A stretch of DNA of 63,309 nt, counting the filler, from Phoronis australis (taxonomy: Eukaryota; Animalia; Phoronida): NCBI GenBank assembly GCA_002633005.1. It is 6 parts of 6 records of this genome, joined end to end, with 100 filler letters (N's around TTAATTAATTAA, not from the genome) between each part and the next. Parts side by side here need not be neighbours in the genome. Positions count along the whole stretch, not along the records: positions 1 to 13,046 come from NMRA01001607.1; positions 13,147 to 40,261 come from NMRA01000695.1; 4 more parts are not named here. One strand, written 5' to 3'. Below the pieces are notes generated by a model. That model searched no databases, was not told where the DNA came from, and worked only from the letters and a program-made list of their open reading frames with translations. Both the position numbers and the translations under genes were made by a program. Below are positions 1 through 13,211 of the stretch, one piece after another; positions within the stretch are counted from its first letter, which is position 1; each line of letters begins with the position of its first letter.

Positions 1-86
1 CATCCATCCATCCATACATCCATCCTTGCATCCATCCTTGCATCCATCCATCCATCCATCCATCCATCCTTGCATCCAACCATCCA
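1..86. repeat. (CATC)n microsatellite
   Basis: Tandem CATC units with occasional CTTG interruptions. Confidence 0.95.
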
Positions 87-3000
87 GTTATCTATCATCG
101 TCATACAGAGAAAATAGACGAAGATTCTGGAAGATTCTCTGATCTCGGCCGAGGTGCAGTTGTGTTAAAAAAGGCTTTTAGTTTTGGTAACATTACAGCA
201 CGTTACATATTAAGCAATTGATAAGAGTTTCAAATGCTTGCATTAGGGTTTTCCTGGAGATAAGGACTTTAAGGTTTAGTATGACTGCTGACCTTGTGGT
301 GCACTTCATAAAAACATGGCTGATCTTGAAAATTGCCTAATTTTTGTTGACACCATCGGCATTTGTTTAAAAACAATATTAAAATACGATCCAAAATTGA
401 GCATATGTAGTTTTAAGGCAAAGGAAAAACGAATATTTGACAATCACGAATACTTGGAATGCAGGCCCGTAGGAAGGAGAAATTATTGGGGCGGGGAGGG
501 CACAAACCAATTTGACATCGCCAAAATACCCCGTTGCTATCGTCACCCCCGCCCGTTCTCTGGATGTCACTTTATTTGTACCGAACCCCACCCCCCACGT
601 CTGCCATAGGTGGGAGTAATACCGGGGATGCAGTCATCAGGATTTGAGTAACCGTGAACCAAGAAAGATTCACGGAGAGTAAGAATGGGTCTAGGCCCTG
701 AGCACACTGACGATTAGCTGAGAGCTGCCTGAAGTAACTATAGCTGGGTCGAAGGTCAAGTTTCGGGAAAACTTCATTTTATTATGCCCATTCTTTGAAG
801 TAATTTTTGGAAAGGTGAGGTCCCGAGGTGCCTGGTATGAGTGCCTTTGTGGCCGTTTCAGAATCCCTTGCTGAAACACACCAGGTAGTCCAGTTTCTGG
901 TTACTGGGTAAAATTGATACAGAGTGTGTCCCAAAAATGTTCACACTTCAACGTCAGGAATCAAATTCAGTTCCCGTGGGTAACTGAGATTCTATGCAGG
1001 CCTATTGCATGGTTACATCTTATTTTTAACGTGGGTGTGCCTGTCATGACGTGCTAGATAGACAAAAATCGTTTAGTGTACTTTTATATTTGGGGATCTG
1101 ATGATAGATCGAATTTTTCCAATCGGTCGGCCTGCAATTAAGTTCATTGAAGTATTGTCATTTCTTACAAGATTGGCTTCTAATTGTCAAAAAAATCATC
1201 TCTCAATCACTCCACTTTCGTAGATACATAAACATGTAAATCAGAAACCAACAAATTCATGAGCAATGCGTTTACCTTGATTTATTGACTTAATTCCTTT
1301 TTAATCCCCTGTTAGTGACTTTAAACAGCAAATCTTGTACCGAAGTAAAAAAGCAATCCATTTATTTTCATTTAAATTGTAATTTTTTGGAAGTGTCCAC
1401 ACTTCATCAATGTTTCTGAGAGTTATTTTAGATAGGCAAAAAGCGCCCAAGTGCACTTTACTATTTGGAGATCGGATTATAGTTTTTTCCATATTCAGGC
1501 TTCAACTAAATTCCCTGAATCATCATAATTTCCTTAAAAGATTAGCTTCTAATTGCCAAAAATCACCTGTTTTAAAAACCAACAGGTTAAAACCTGTCGG
1601 TTTTCGTAGATACATAAACATGTAAATCAGAAACCAACGAATTTGTTGATCAAAGCGGAATGTTATATTAAGCAATTTCCGCAGACATGCCAGTAGATTT
1701 TTAACGGGTAACCCGGGGAAATGAGAGATTTATAATAAGGTTTATTTTTGCTCTTTCCGAGATACCTATAACGGTTTAACTTGGTCTCAAAAACTGCTGA
1801 AATATTTGTTGAATTTGTTTATTATTGCGAGTGTTTGGGTACACTCATTCGACATGTACACGGTCACCCCAATGTTAGCCTCGACAGCAGTGTTTTCCAC
1901 ATGTAGGAATTCCTTATATACAACTCAATAACCATCTTCAAAAGAGATACTATTCTTGTGATAATATGGGAAACAGTAACATTATTTTATGACTAACCAT
2001 CGGAAATAGTCCTTTTGTGTAATTAACAAACAGCGGTCTTCACGTTCTTTAAAATTCCTGACTCCATTTCGAAAGCGGTCAATCCTATTCAAATTGTATC
2101 TTTTCACATTTTTTGGTTGTTTGGGTCGAATGTTTTGATACTGCTGTGCTGTGCTCTAATGCTTTGGTTTTTTTGATGAATTTCGAATCACAATTTCCCT
2201 CGTGAATACTTGGCAGTGTTGGATTTACATGTATGGAGGGACAAAGGGACAAATCTCCGAATTGCTCCGCCGAGAGAGGGTCCCGTCTGAAATGGGACAT
2301 CTTAATTATGAAAAGCTAAATATCATTAAGCTTGGAAAAGAGTAATAGTTCATTCCATCGACGTGTGGTCAGACGACGGTGCAGGAAGTGACCTTCTTCA
2401 ACATGAAAGTTGGTTGCACAATTTCACAAAAAAAAACAGGAAAATAGACGTAATAGAGTCCAACATTGGGTCCTCTCTCCGTGAGCTTACCCTTAAGAAT
2501 TTGTCAATAGAAACATAAAAACTGTGGCCACTTGAATGTCACCAATTGCCTTCATCAGACGTAGGGCCCCTCTATGTGAAAATATCTATATTTTAAAAAA
2601 TCAAGAAATGTCATCAAATTTTCTCAAGTGATATACAATTCGAGAAAAAAGCGACAGTTGTCTCCGGAAAATGTGGTTTTGCAATCGTAAAATTGACTTA
2701 CTGAAATAAAAAATCCAGTAAATTAAAAAGGTTCGCTTTACCAATTTTGTCGATTTTTCTTAATATATGCGTGAATCATTACGTTTTCAAATGCGTTTGG
2801 ACGAGTTGTGCTGCGAAAGCGGAGACCCCAACAATAATGTCCTGGCCATGGTTGTCAAAAGGTAAACCATGCACTGATACAGAGTTGTTAAATATTCTCT
2901 TGTTTTCTCTCTTTTCCGCATTTAGCAGTCTTTCTTTTCTCGACTGTCCCCGCTCCACGCGTATGTCGGTTGCCAAGATTTAACCCTGGCGCCTGAAATT

Positions 3001-3331
3001 TTTTTAATGGGGGAGGGGGCACGGCCCCCCCGCTACCTACGGCTCTGGAAAAGTATAACTGCAGTCGGTTGGCAATCTAGTCGATCTCTTTCGAAAAATG
3101 TTGATTTCCCACTCACAAGGGAAACGCACGTGAACATTTAATTCTTATTGTGCTCATATTCAAAATTGTCATGCAAAAGGACTGGTGTATAGCGAGTGTC
3201 AAATTGGTCTATCGTAAGCTCCGCCCTGCTGCGAAAAGTCACGTAGCACCCGACAAACAAGCAAGATGTCGGAGGCAAATGCTCTGTCGCTGAACGACGT
3301 ACCTAATACAATCAATGAATGTTTTTTGGAC

Positions 3332-3506
3332 GATCTGAAAGCCCTTCTTAACAGACAACAGGCGATGATCTGAAAGCCCTTCTTAACAGACAACAGGCGA
3401 TGATCTGAAAGCCCTTCTTAACAGACAACAGGCGATGATCTGAAAGCCCTTCTTAACAGACAACAGGCGATGATCTGAAAGCCCTTCTTAACAGACAACA
3501 GGCGAT
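3332..3506. repeat. 35-bp minisatellite, 5 perfect copies
   Basis: GATCTGAAAGCCCTTCTTAACAGACAACAGGCGAT starts at 3332, 3367, 3402, 3437 and 3472. Confidence 0.95.
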
Positions 3507-6500
3507 GCTTTTCAGCAGAGAATAGGACGCTCATGATGTGAGAATGTGTAAAGGTGTTGAAAAAATAATTGTTCGAAGAAAAGTATTTTGGAAAATCCGA
3601 AAACCCCCGCACGGTTCACCTCCACCTGACAATGACACCGATGCGATATGTTGAAGTAAAGCTGGGCATTTACCTTAAAGTCGTAATTATTTGTACGACG
3701 CTATCAATTTCATAACAATTTGAAAACAAAATCAGTGAAGATTCTCTGATTTTTTTTATTCTGCTATCTCCTAAATTCCGCCAATACGAAAAGTAGGTCA
3801 CAAGGTGGGATTCCCCGAGTAAAGTAAATCGAGTCCGCAATAGCACTGTTTATGGTTTTCTAATCTTCAAGCGAAATATTTTGATTGAAAAATCAGGTTC
3901 ATAGCTCAGGTACGTGTACAAATTTATCGTGTTCTAGGAAAGCAGTTAGCTTGGGTTGATCTAGGGCTGTGTCCAAGTCAAATTAATGCATGGAACGGGC
4001 GGTAATTGCACCATTAAGACATTTAAGTTTACCCTACCTTCTGATGAAGATAGTTTTCAGTTAATTTTAAACAAAGCATGACCACTACACCATGACCACT
4101 GGTTACGAAAGATGACAAATCTGGTGTAGTTGCAAAAATGGTTATTTTAAGTACAAAAATAACTCATTCTTTTTTAAAGCTTAATAACCCATGTATCATG
4201 TTTAAGCAACTACAAATTAATGAGCTCTCTCTCTCTCTAACACTACAGGCGAAATGTAAGCTAGAGGCTTTCAACAAAAAGAAATTCAACGGTTTATTTT
4301 TTGTGACAACAGTTCAGTAATCCAGTGCCGATCAATTTTGGAGTGAAGTTTAGTTTAGCGCCAGCCTACGGGTAATATAAATAACAAAAATGTTCCTTTC
4401 TTTTGCTATGAAACCAACCGATTTCCATTTGGACGAAATATATGTAAATTTTATAAAAATGTTCTTAAAAACAACAATTTCCAGGGACTACCGGTAGTGC
4501 TGGGTCCAACAGGTGCCGAGACCACGGCCCGGCCAGACGAGTGAAACTCTGGAGTCAAAATCAGATAGGCCTACACTGTATCTGAGAAGAACGTTTCATG
4601 GAACAAATACATTTGTATTTAACCTTCGAGTAATCCAGCAACATTGCCCAAGTTCAGCTGCTCGTCTGGCCTTCCACACATTTTAAAACATCGTTTACAC
4701 CTTTCGACATCACTTTTCGGCCTAGGGAATGCCCAAAAAGTGACGGAATATCATTCGCGAGTTGCATAACGGCTGTCGCCATAGCAACACCATTTGACCA
4801 GTCTTATGGCATAGTTTCTTGAGCAATTGACTGAACTATGCTTCACACAACAACGTAATGTTTGTCAAGTAAAATGGCGGTTTGGGAACACAGACGAAGG
4901 CTTGTCGAGAATGCTGCCTCACTCCAAATTTTGGTTTATAGAGCAACTTGCTCGTCGCTAGCGAGCATTCTTACCTCCATTGACTAGAGAAACGTGGAGA
5001 CAAATCATAATCTGTACCAGGCACACGGCTGAAACAAGATGTGAAGCAAGGTTTATTATAACAAGCAGGGCTGTAGTGAAGAGCACGCTGGGGCATGTTC
5101 TACCCTCAACGTTTTTAGTTTCAGGGAAGGCCCTCTCGCAGCAAAATCCTATTTTCTGACAGGGTTTTAATATTTAAGCGATAAGTAAATTTCACGTATG
5201 TCATTACTTTGACAAAAAGATAACTTGTATATACATACTGTAGCAGTCCAGTGTTTTGACATAAGCGCTTGTTGCCACAGTATCTATGTATTAGATTTTT
5301 TACGTTTAGTGCTGTGTCAGATAGCCAGCCAGCTCAGCTGTATGAAGATAGTATCGTCAAAATACAGCTAACTAAGTTACACTGTGTGTTCAGCGCTGAC
5401 AGATTTCGGAATTGTACACAGCCAGGGTAGTTCTGCTCGTCACCTCGCCGTGGAACTTTTATCAACAGGTAGAGCTAAAGACCGGACGGGGTGCATGCAA
5501 AATCTGTGAATCAACCGACACTCACCTTGTCCGTTACAGCCGTTTAAGTGAAAAACAATCTAATCAACTTCATTTTCTTGTGTAATTCTTCGCCTTTTGC
5601 AACAAAGAAAAGTATTTCGTGGATTTGAAACGCGTCTTGCTGGTTCCGTGCGTACAAACAAGCAAGCGTGGCTGATGGAGAAAGTGTAAATGTTGTATGT
5701 TGTACAGACAAATCGCTGCTTAATTCAAGTTCAAGAAATTGAATCCTAGAAAATTGTGGTTGCGCCTTTTCAGAGTGCATCTTTCTGCTGTCACGCGACT
5801 GAAAAAAGATACCGAACCCGGTTTTAAAACGACTTTCCCATCCAATTCTCTAAAAAAATCCTCTGTAACTCATGAGAACCTCAAAAGTTTGGAGCAAAAA
5901 TTGAGAACTGCTGTCAAAGCCTCCTAAACTGACAAGCCTGACCTTCGCTTTAGGCGAGTTACACAATTGCAGGGAAAGACTATCCACTAAGCCGAACAAT
6001 AATATCCTGACATTGGCCAAAATCACGCGTTCTCGTTGACAATACACGGCAATATCTCACGTATTACCGCGAAATCTTGCTTTTTAGCGAGGCCCTAGCT
6101 TTACTGAACGGCAGGCTAATTTTATCATTCACGTTTTGAAAAAGACACTGACTAAAGTTACGACAAAGTCAAGTCAGACTTATAACGTCAAGGATGGTCG
6201 TATTGGTGAACGAATTTCAAAGCGTAATTCACTGCTTTCTATTCCCTACCTTTGATGTAAAATGAGTACATTGCACTGTTTCAGAATGCACGCCGGTCTT
6301 GATAAAAATTTGGGCTACTCGTCTGAGACGCTGTTGGTTTTTTAGAAATTGCACGTGGTCATACACCCACTACCCGACATTTACAGCTGTCACATTTTTT
6401 ATATTTTCTATTTCCCTGTAAAAAGTTTATTGAATGTAATAACATTTTCAATAAAAAAGAGCAACGCACACAAGTAGATGCAAGCGCGCATACAGACATA

Positions 6501-8256
6501 CCAGAGATCTACAAATATTGAAAAAATTAGTCTACCAAAAACATGAATCGTAGGGGTCCACCTTTTAACAAATAATTGCGTATTGACGTTTATCACAGTA
6601 AATTATTTTTTAAAATTCGTGATATTTGAAATTTTTTTTGAGAAGCTGCAAGCAAGAGACACTGGAATTTAATCGTGCCTTATAAATTTCAAACATATGA
6701 CCAAATTGACAACATATTCTGCCTTTAGTTTGCAAAACAATACCTCGCGTAGGTTTAGTTCAATGGATTTATTTACCAGTTGCCAATAAACTATAATTAT
6801 TTACAGTTACCTAAAAATTCTGAATCGTTGTTCAAAACCAATACCAGTCAACAAGAATCTCATACTCATTACAAAATGTACACAATTTTTATTAATAAAA
6901 ACTATTAGTACCACTAAGTCTGTGAATAATTCTTATTTGAAACCACATCAGTTTTGTATCTTTGTTAAAATTATCCATGATAGCAAGTAGCAGCATGTGT
7001 CGATAAAAGCAACGATTTAAAAATCACATCAACGTGGTCGGAAAATAACTAGGAAAGAAATAGTAGACAATACAACTATTCGCTATGTAGAACTTGTCAC
7101 AGTCAAAATTTAGGAGTCTCTGTTGATCAGTCATGAAAAATCTGTGCTGAATGAGCAGCTCACATGTGTTTACCTCACGCTGGCTCTGCTCTGTTAGACT
7201 TGTGGGTTTTCTGCCGTGTGTAACAATCACACTCTGCTTGTATGCCCTTGTACCTGCCTCGCTTTCAGTAACACCAGTACCCCACTAAAAAGGAAGACGT
7301 CGCGAGATAACGTAAGACATACATCTTATTCACGCAGTTGCCATTTTGAAAGTGTGCCTCTTTTTAGGTCTTAAAAACAATGTATTATGCGCTTAATCAC
7401 AGCGCAAAGCGTTATTGTTTTATAGTTAAAAGCCTGGACATAATGGTTCCCTTTCTGGGATAAATATTTGTATTTTAATGTATTGTCATTTGTTTGTGTA
7501 GTAATAAAAATAAAAATAAAAATTAAAAATAAATCTAGATGAAGTTGTTTTCACTTATAACGCTCTTGCTTTTGAGTTATTTAAGTGCACATAGTGAAAT
7601 TGTGTAGCATTGCAATTTACCTATAGAAGAAAGTGTAATTGATTATTATGGACCCTCGAAAAATGTGCAAGTTTGGCTTACTTCGAAATATCACAGCTCA
7701 GATGTAGACTTGTTGATCGGTTTGTCACTCCTGCTTCATACATTGATTCACAATGCAGTTTGGAATTGTTTTTGGAACGATCCACTTTTGTAAGAAATTT
7801 GACTTGGTGCAAAATTGTATTAATGCAGTAATGTGGTTATAAACAAAGGCCAAATAAAATCCGAGACGAAATCAATGTCAATGAAAATTACAGACTAAAT
7901 TCTTTTAAGTAAACTCAATTAGTTACGGGTGCTAAAAACACCGGTGTACCGTTATTTTGCCGATAGGTTTGAGGAGCGACAATATGCGCGCACCCAGCCT
8001 AAAATATAGGGGGGCTCGAATCTCTCCTTATGCGAACCTTTTACGCAAGAAAATCTATGAGGACTAAAAAAAGGCCTACGACTTCTGCATGTGCGCCCAA
8101 ATCCTGTGGACCTTGTCTCGTTTGCTCAGACTTTTGTTTCACTGAGGCAGAACTTTTTACCCAATTCGCCAAATTGGGGGGCTCGTTCGAAAAAAAATAT
8201 ATGCAAACCTGATACTGAACCTACTTGTAATGTCACATTTTGAAAACTATTCAAAA

Positions 8257-8354
8257 CACAGGCGTCCTCAGCTTCTGATCGTCCCCAATACACTACATAT
8301 ACATACTACTTCATATAGTATATTGGGAACGATCAGAAGCTGAGGACGCCTGTG
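8257..8354. mobile_element. 98-bp palindromic MITE with 8-bp TSD (P- or hAT-type)
   Basis: TIRs CACAGGCGTCCTCAGCTTCTGATCGT / ACGATCAGAAGCTGAGGACGCCTGTG, flanked on both sides by ATTCAAAA (8249-8256, 8355-8362). The same left end recurs near 54129. Confidence 0.85.
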
Positions 8355-9971
8355 ATTCAAAATAGGTCTTTCCACCATCTTATTTTATGAACTAATAAAA
8401 ACATGATCCCAGTGACCGATTTTGAAATTTTTCGAGGTTTTCAGACGTCGGTACCCACCCATGTTTTCCACGCCAGGATAATCACCCCCTTTCACTAACT
8501 TTGCAGTTTCCTCCACTGAATAAGGGGTATCGAACTGGTTCTCAAAATACAGTATGTTACATCCAACTATTGCCCCTACTTGTATTGCATACATCAAAAC
8601 CGCCGCTACACCTGTCCTTTGGTCACATCTACAATCTAACCATGCACTGCCACCTAAAGTTTAGGGTTGTACACTCGTGAAAATGGCGATAATTGTGAAA
8701 GGTTTCTCAGTGACTTGTGTTTCTTCGTGCGTGATAACTGTTGAAGGTGCAGCTTTCCGTTATTCCTTCATGTCACGATCAAGTGAAATGCGAAAGATCA
8801 CGAGTTAAATGTGAAACATCATGAGTTGCAACACCGTCTCATAGTGCTTTGGAAAACCAAGTTGAATCTCACTCAAAGAAAACAGTTTAACAGCGAAACA
8901 GTATATTCAACAACGTGAACCAGAAATTGGTAAAACCCAGCCTCCTAATACAATAAATCACACATAACACTAAAACAAAACCAACAAGAGAATAACACAA
9001 AAATATGGGCATAAACGAGCCAATGCACGATATGAAAACTTGCCCAAATCCATGTAATACTAATATAACACTAACGGCTTAGTATATTTAAATAATAAGA
9101 GTTCAATGACGGTTGTAACCTTGAAAAATTGATTACCAGCTTGCAACACTTTACCAACATGCATCAATACACAGAAATGTTGAAGGCAACACTTTATGCA
9201 CAGTTTAGAACAGGTTGCTCATTGCTCAACATAACAATCAGAAGGTACTAATTTGAGGAGTCACAACTATCAAAGTAACAATTCAAACTGTTGCGATTCA
9301 AGAAAAAAAAAATTGTGACATATGTCACTACCTAATGAATAGAAATAGGTTTTTGACTAAAAATTATTAAGAATTTGAAATTAAAGAATTGTGCAGCTTA
9401 TCCACATTTTGAAAAGCTTGAGTTTTGCATGTCTTTGGAAGACTATTCTTCAAAAAAGGACGTCTTCCAAAAATGCATGGCCTATAAATGAATTAGAGAC
9501 ATTTTTAGAAAAAATTTGAATGGGACCAACAATTAACCCCCTCAAAGGATACATTTTGGACTCTTCTAAAAGAGTTGACAATTGTAGACCACACTTAGCC
9601 TGGCACTTTGTTCAGTTACAATAATACAATGATCTGCTGAATCACGTACTGTGAACATGCAAGTAGCACACACGTGAATTTCATAAAAATAACTTTTGAT
9701 TATGGTTTAGACCAAGTACCATATCAAAACTGACTGGTCTCACTGTGTTATTTGCTCAGGTATGATGGGAAAGAACTTTCAGTTCCCTATTGCCTGATAC
9801 CAGGCTGAATAAGATGGCTTGACATGCTAAGTCATTTCATAAGCAACATGGGTGGTCAAATAGGCTAGCTCCAAGACAAGACGCTAGATAGAGTACTAGC
9901 TGGTACACTGGTCATAATCCTTACAGTATATAAAATGACTTGAACTGCCGAGTGAACTTATTTTATTGTTG

Positions 9972-10463
9972 CTAATATGTTTTCTCCCTAACCTCTTTCT
10001 CAGAAACCTTCAGACGAGACTTGAAGACAGACCAGACCATCACCAACCCGACGATCACGCAAACATTGTCACACGCCAGACGAGCATGCAACCAAAAGTC
10101 CACACCGCGACGCTTTGTCCAGTACCTGAAGTTCATGTCGTTGAAAGCGGTTACTACTGACAGAACAACCGCTAACACAATAGAAATATCCTTAACAAAA
10201 TAGCTACTAAGATAACACATTCCAATGCCTCCCATAAAAGAAGCAGCTATAAACAGCGTCATCTGGCCACCAGGCAGAAGTTGTACAAACGCCAGCTTGT
10301 CTTCTGGACTGTTCAGAAGAGCGTATGTGTAACATATGGCATAGGCACCCAACACCGCCTCCCCAGCCTTCCTGAGTTGTCCAGAACCTTTCTTGGTGCT
10401 CATTATATGGGCGTAGAGCAGACATATACCTATGACTCCACACTCTTTAATTATCATACGCAT
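9972..10463 (-). CDS. TMEM101: TMEM101-like, last exon
   Basis: Acceptor TTTTATTTTCAG|ATGCGT; open frame to TAG at 9972; several hydrophobic segments. Confidence 0.88.
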   Translation of the reverse strand: MRMIIKECGVIGICLLYAHIMSTKKGSGQLRKAGEAVLGAYAICYTYALLNSPEDKLAFVQLLPGGQMTLFIAASFMGGIGMCYLSSYFVKDISIVLAVVLSVVTAFNDMNFRYWTKRRGVDFWLHARLACDNVCVIVGLVMVWSVFKSRLKVSEKEVREKTY

Positions 10464-13211
10464 CTGAAAATAAAAGTTGTACTTTACTTGAATAATAACA
10501 ATAAACCCTTTTATCCAATAATAATAAAACCTGTTATCCAATAATAATAAAACCTGTTATCCAATAATAATAAAACCTGTTATCCAATAAAAATAAACCC
10601 TGTTATCCAATAATAATAAACCCTGTTATCCAATAATAATAAACCCTGTTATCCAATAAAAATAAACCCTGTTATCAAATAATAATAAACCCTGTTATCC
10701 ANCAATAATAATAAACCCTGTTATCCAATAATAATAAACCCTGTCATCCAATTTTGACATTTTTCTAGCGGAACTTGTAACCTTTACTCTCAATTATTCA
10801 AAGAAATGAAATCATGAGCTTTTTGGTTGAAACTTGCGAGAAATTTATCTTGTTTTAGACCACTAAGCTTGATGAAACTGGCCTCATCTTGTTTGTGACT
10901 TGTATAACCAATGATACTAGAGGTTTGTTTTATGAAAAGTCTAGAGACAAAAACTTGATCAAACGCTCCCACTCCACAAATATTCAGTAAAGATTTACCT
11001 GTCAATCATTAACAAATGACATTTACCTGTCTAATCATTAGCAAATCACATTCACCTGTCTAATCATTAGCAAATCACGTTCCAGAAAAAAAGTTATACA
11101 AATGTCTCAGAAACTAGAAGTGGCGGGCATATTCTCAGTGACCTTGTATTTTTACTAAAGTGAGATTAAATTGTTTTTCCTAAATAGTTGTGTGGAGTTT
11201 AAGACCAGATCTCTGACCTCAGTCTCACTTCATGAAACAGTCCCCTGGGTTACTCAAGAACGGACAGTTTGTTATTATCTTTCTGGAGACCAGTATCAAG
11301 AAGTAGTGGCTAGACACCATGGATCATTCTTCATTTCAAGCGTTATCTCCAGGAAAAAACCTTTGCCAGATATTTCCAGGAGCATGAATCAATTCTAAAC
11401 AAAGTAAAAGCAGGATGAGGCCATTTTATTGTTATGTAACTCAAATCAAGAAGTAAATACCAAGAACTGGAAAAGCCCTTAAACCTAAACTACATGGGAT
11501 GTTGTATGGCAAGCGTATCTCACAAAATGTTATTAATTTAGTCACATGTTTGGTGAAAAATCTTGTTTAAAAGGTGCCATTTAACTCGGGAGTTCCTTGT
11601 TGGGACTTGGAGCTACTAAAATATGAAAATTTTCAAATATCAAGAACTTGAAATTGTGAATTATTTGTTAAAAGGTGGACCCTATGATTTAGACTTGATT
11701 CAACACCGAATGCACCCCCTGTTGTTGAAGAATAAAATGATAAAAACAGTACACGTTTTTGAGTAGACTAATCTTTTCAATATTTGTTGATCTTGGGTTT
11801 GACTGTGCATTTGTGCGTCTACATGTGTGCAGCTGGTATTGTATTGTAAAATGTGATTATATTCAATAAACTTCTTACAAGGAAAAAATAAAGGGATAAT
11901 GAAACTGTGCCTTCCACCGAAAAACTAACTTTGGATTTAGGCCACTTACTGTTTGCTAGTGAGATTAGAAATATCTCCTCGGTCCCAGAAGACCTGGGGG
12001 GTGGTCGTAATTGCCATTAGAATTCAAAATGATTTTACAACCAATGCCAATTTAAAAATAAAAAGATTAGGAACACATTGACTTTACTAATACACAAGTG
12101 ACAAATTTGATGTTTTTAACACCAGAACATGATTAATAGTGACTTTAACTATCATAAAGTTCCTTACTACTGCAATACCTTGAGCGAGTCGTTGTATCGT
12201 AGACCTGCATTGTTGTAGGTGGTGACAAGAAAATAACCAATCTGTCCACAGTAGACAAGTGCTGCTTCTTTCCTAAACTTGTCAATAGACATCAGAACAC
12301 CACAAACGAAAGCCATACCAACTTGGATGTACACAGCTTTGGTATCAAATGTGACATGCCTGAAAATAAAGCACTGCTCAAACCACAAGATGTAAGAACA
12401 CACAATTTCTTGAAGAAAAAAATTGCCAAAATATTGACCAAATGAGAATGAAACTGAAAACAGGATTGATCCGGATTCATGCTTAGGATGCTTAAATTGA
12501 AAAACTAAAAAATAAGGGGTTGGGCATTTGTTGATAGTCACTTACAGTTACAGTCTACAGAGGTCCCGCATTTTGAGTTTTCTCCACTGAATAACAGGCA
12601 TCAATCTGGTTCTCAAAATGTAGGACCTGTGTAAGTGAGTATTTAAAAGCAAAGATTTAAAAATTAACCTCCTCGACCGACTTTAGCGTGTGATTGTGAA
12701 GTACATAAGAGGTGGAGGGATTTGGCGTTTCCTGGTCAAAGTGGAACTACACTTGTCTGGGTGGGAAGCCATAAGCCACTTGTCCTCCCACAGAGCAAGA
12801 CTATCTAAATATTTGCTGCATAGTCTCTCTGTCAGAGGCTGAGTTGACAATTTTGAGTTATTTATGAGGTCTGGTCAACCAGCTAAGTTCTAACTTGAAA
12901 TGGAACTCGATGTAAGAATAGTCGAAGCCGAAGGAAGCCGATACTAAAGACTGAAACAATAGTGGGTTTGCAACGTAAATTAAACTGATCCAATGTCTGT
13001 ATGGAATCAAGTACATACTTGTTTATGTCTGCCTTTTCTGCAACCANNNNNNNNNNNNNNNNNNNNNNNNNNNNNNNNNNNNNNNNNNNNTTAATTAATT
13101 AANNNNNNNNNNNNNNNNNNNNNNNNNNNNNNNNNNNNNNNNNNNNTATGCAAACGAATCACGATATATTACTAATAAAACAAAATAATGAAGACTTTTC
13201 GAGCAAGCCAT
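9972..13211 (-). CDS. TMEM101: TMEM101-like transmembrane protein, 3 coding exons (13211-13019, 12359-12179, 10463-9972)
   Basis: The spliced peptide (VAEKADINK..VYIQVGMAFVCGVLMS..YNDSLK|MRM..EDKLAFVQLLPGG..YWTKRRGVDFW) parallels recalled TMEM101 (YAERAE..LYFDMG..YGDWLKVRM..EDRLAYLNHLPGG..YWHNTRRVEFW). GT-AG sites have matching phases (2, 0). Confidence 0.82.
10494..10750. repeat. 23-bp minisatellite, about 11 copies
   Basis: Unit AATAATAATAAACCCTGTTATCC; contains a single N at 10702. Confidence 0.92.
10992..11078. repeat. About 29-bp tandem repeat, 3 copies
   Basis: ATTTACCTGTCTAATCATTAGCAAATCAC-like units. Confidence 0.8.
12179..12359 (-). CDS. TMEM101: TMEM101-like, exon 2
   Basis: Acceptor TTTATTTTCAG|GCAT, donor AAG|GTATTG; encodes HVTFDTKAVYIQVGMAFVCGVLMSIDKFRKEAALVYCGQIGYFLVTTYNNAGLRYNDSLK. 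Confidence 0.85.
13019..13211 (-). CDS. TMEM101: TMEM101-like, exon 1 (interrupted by gap linker 13047-13146)
   Basis: ATG at 13211 gives MACSKSLHYFVLLVIYRDSFA. After the gap the frame reads VAEKADIN followed by AA|GTATGT, a phase-2 donor matching exon 2. Confidence 0.65.
13047..13146. other. Assembly gap linker
   Basis: 44 N + TTAATTAATTAA (stops in all six frames) + 44 N. Confidence 0.97.

Noticed and set aside
3332-3506. 35-bp repeats as a CRISPR array
   Set aside because: Units are contiguous with no spacers, there are no cas genes, and the context is eukaryotic.
13091-13102. Recurrent TTAATTAATTAA palindrome
   Set aside because: Artificial six-frame stop linker, always centred in N runs.
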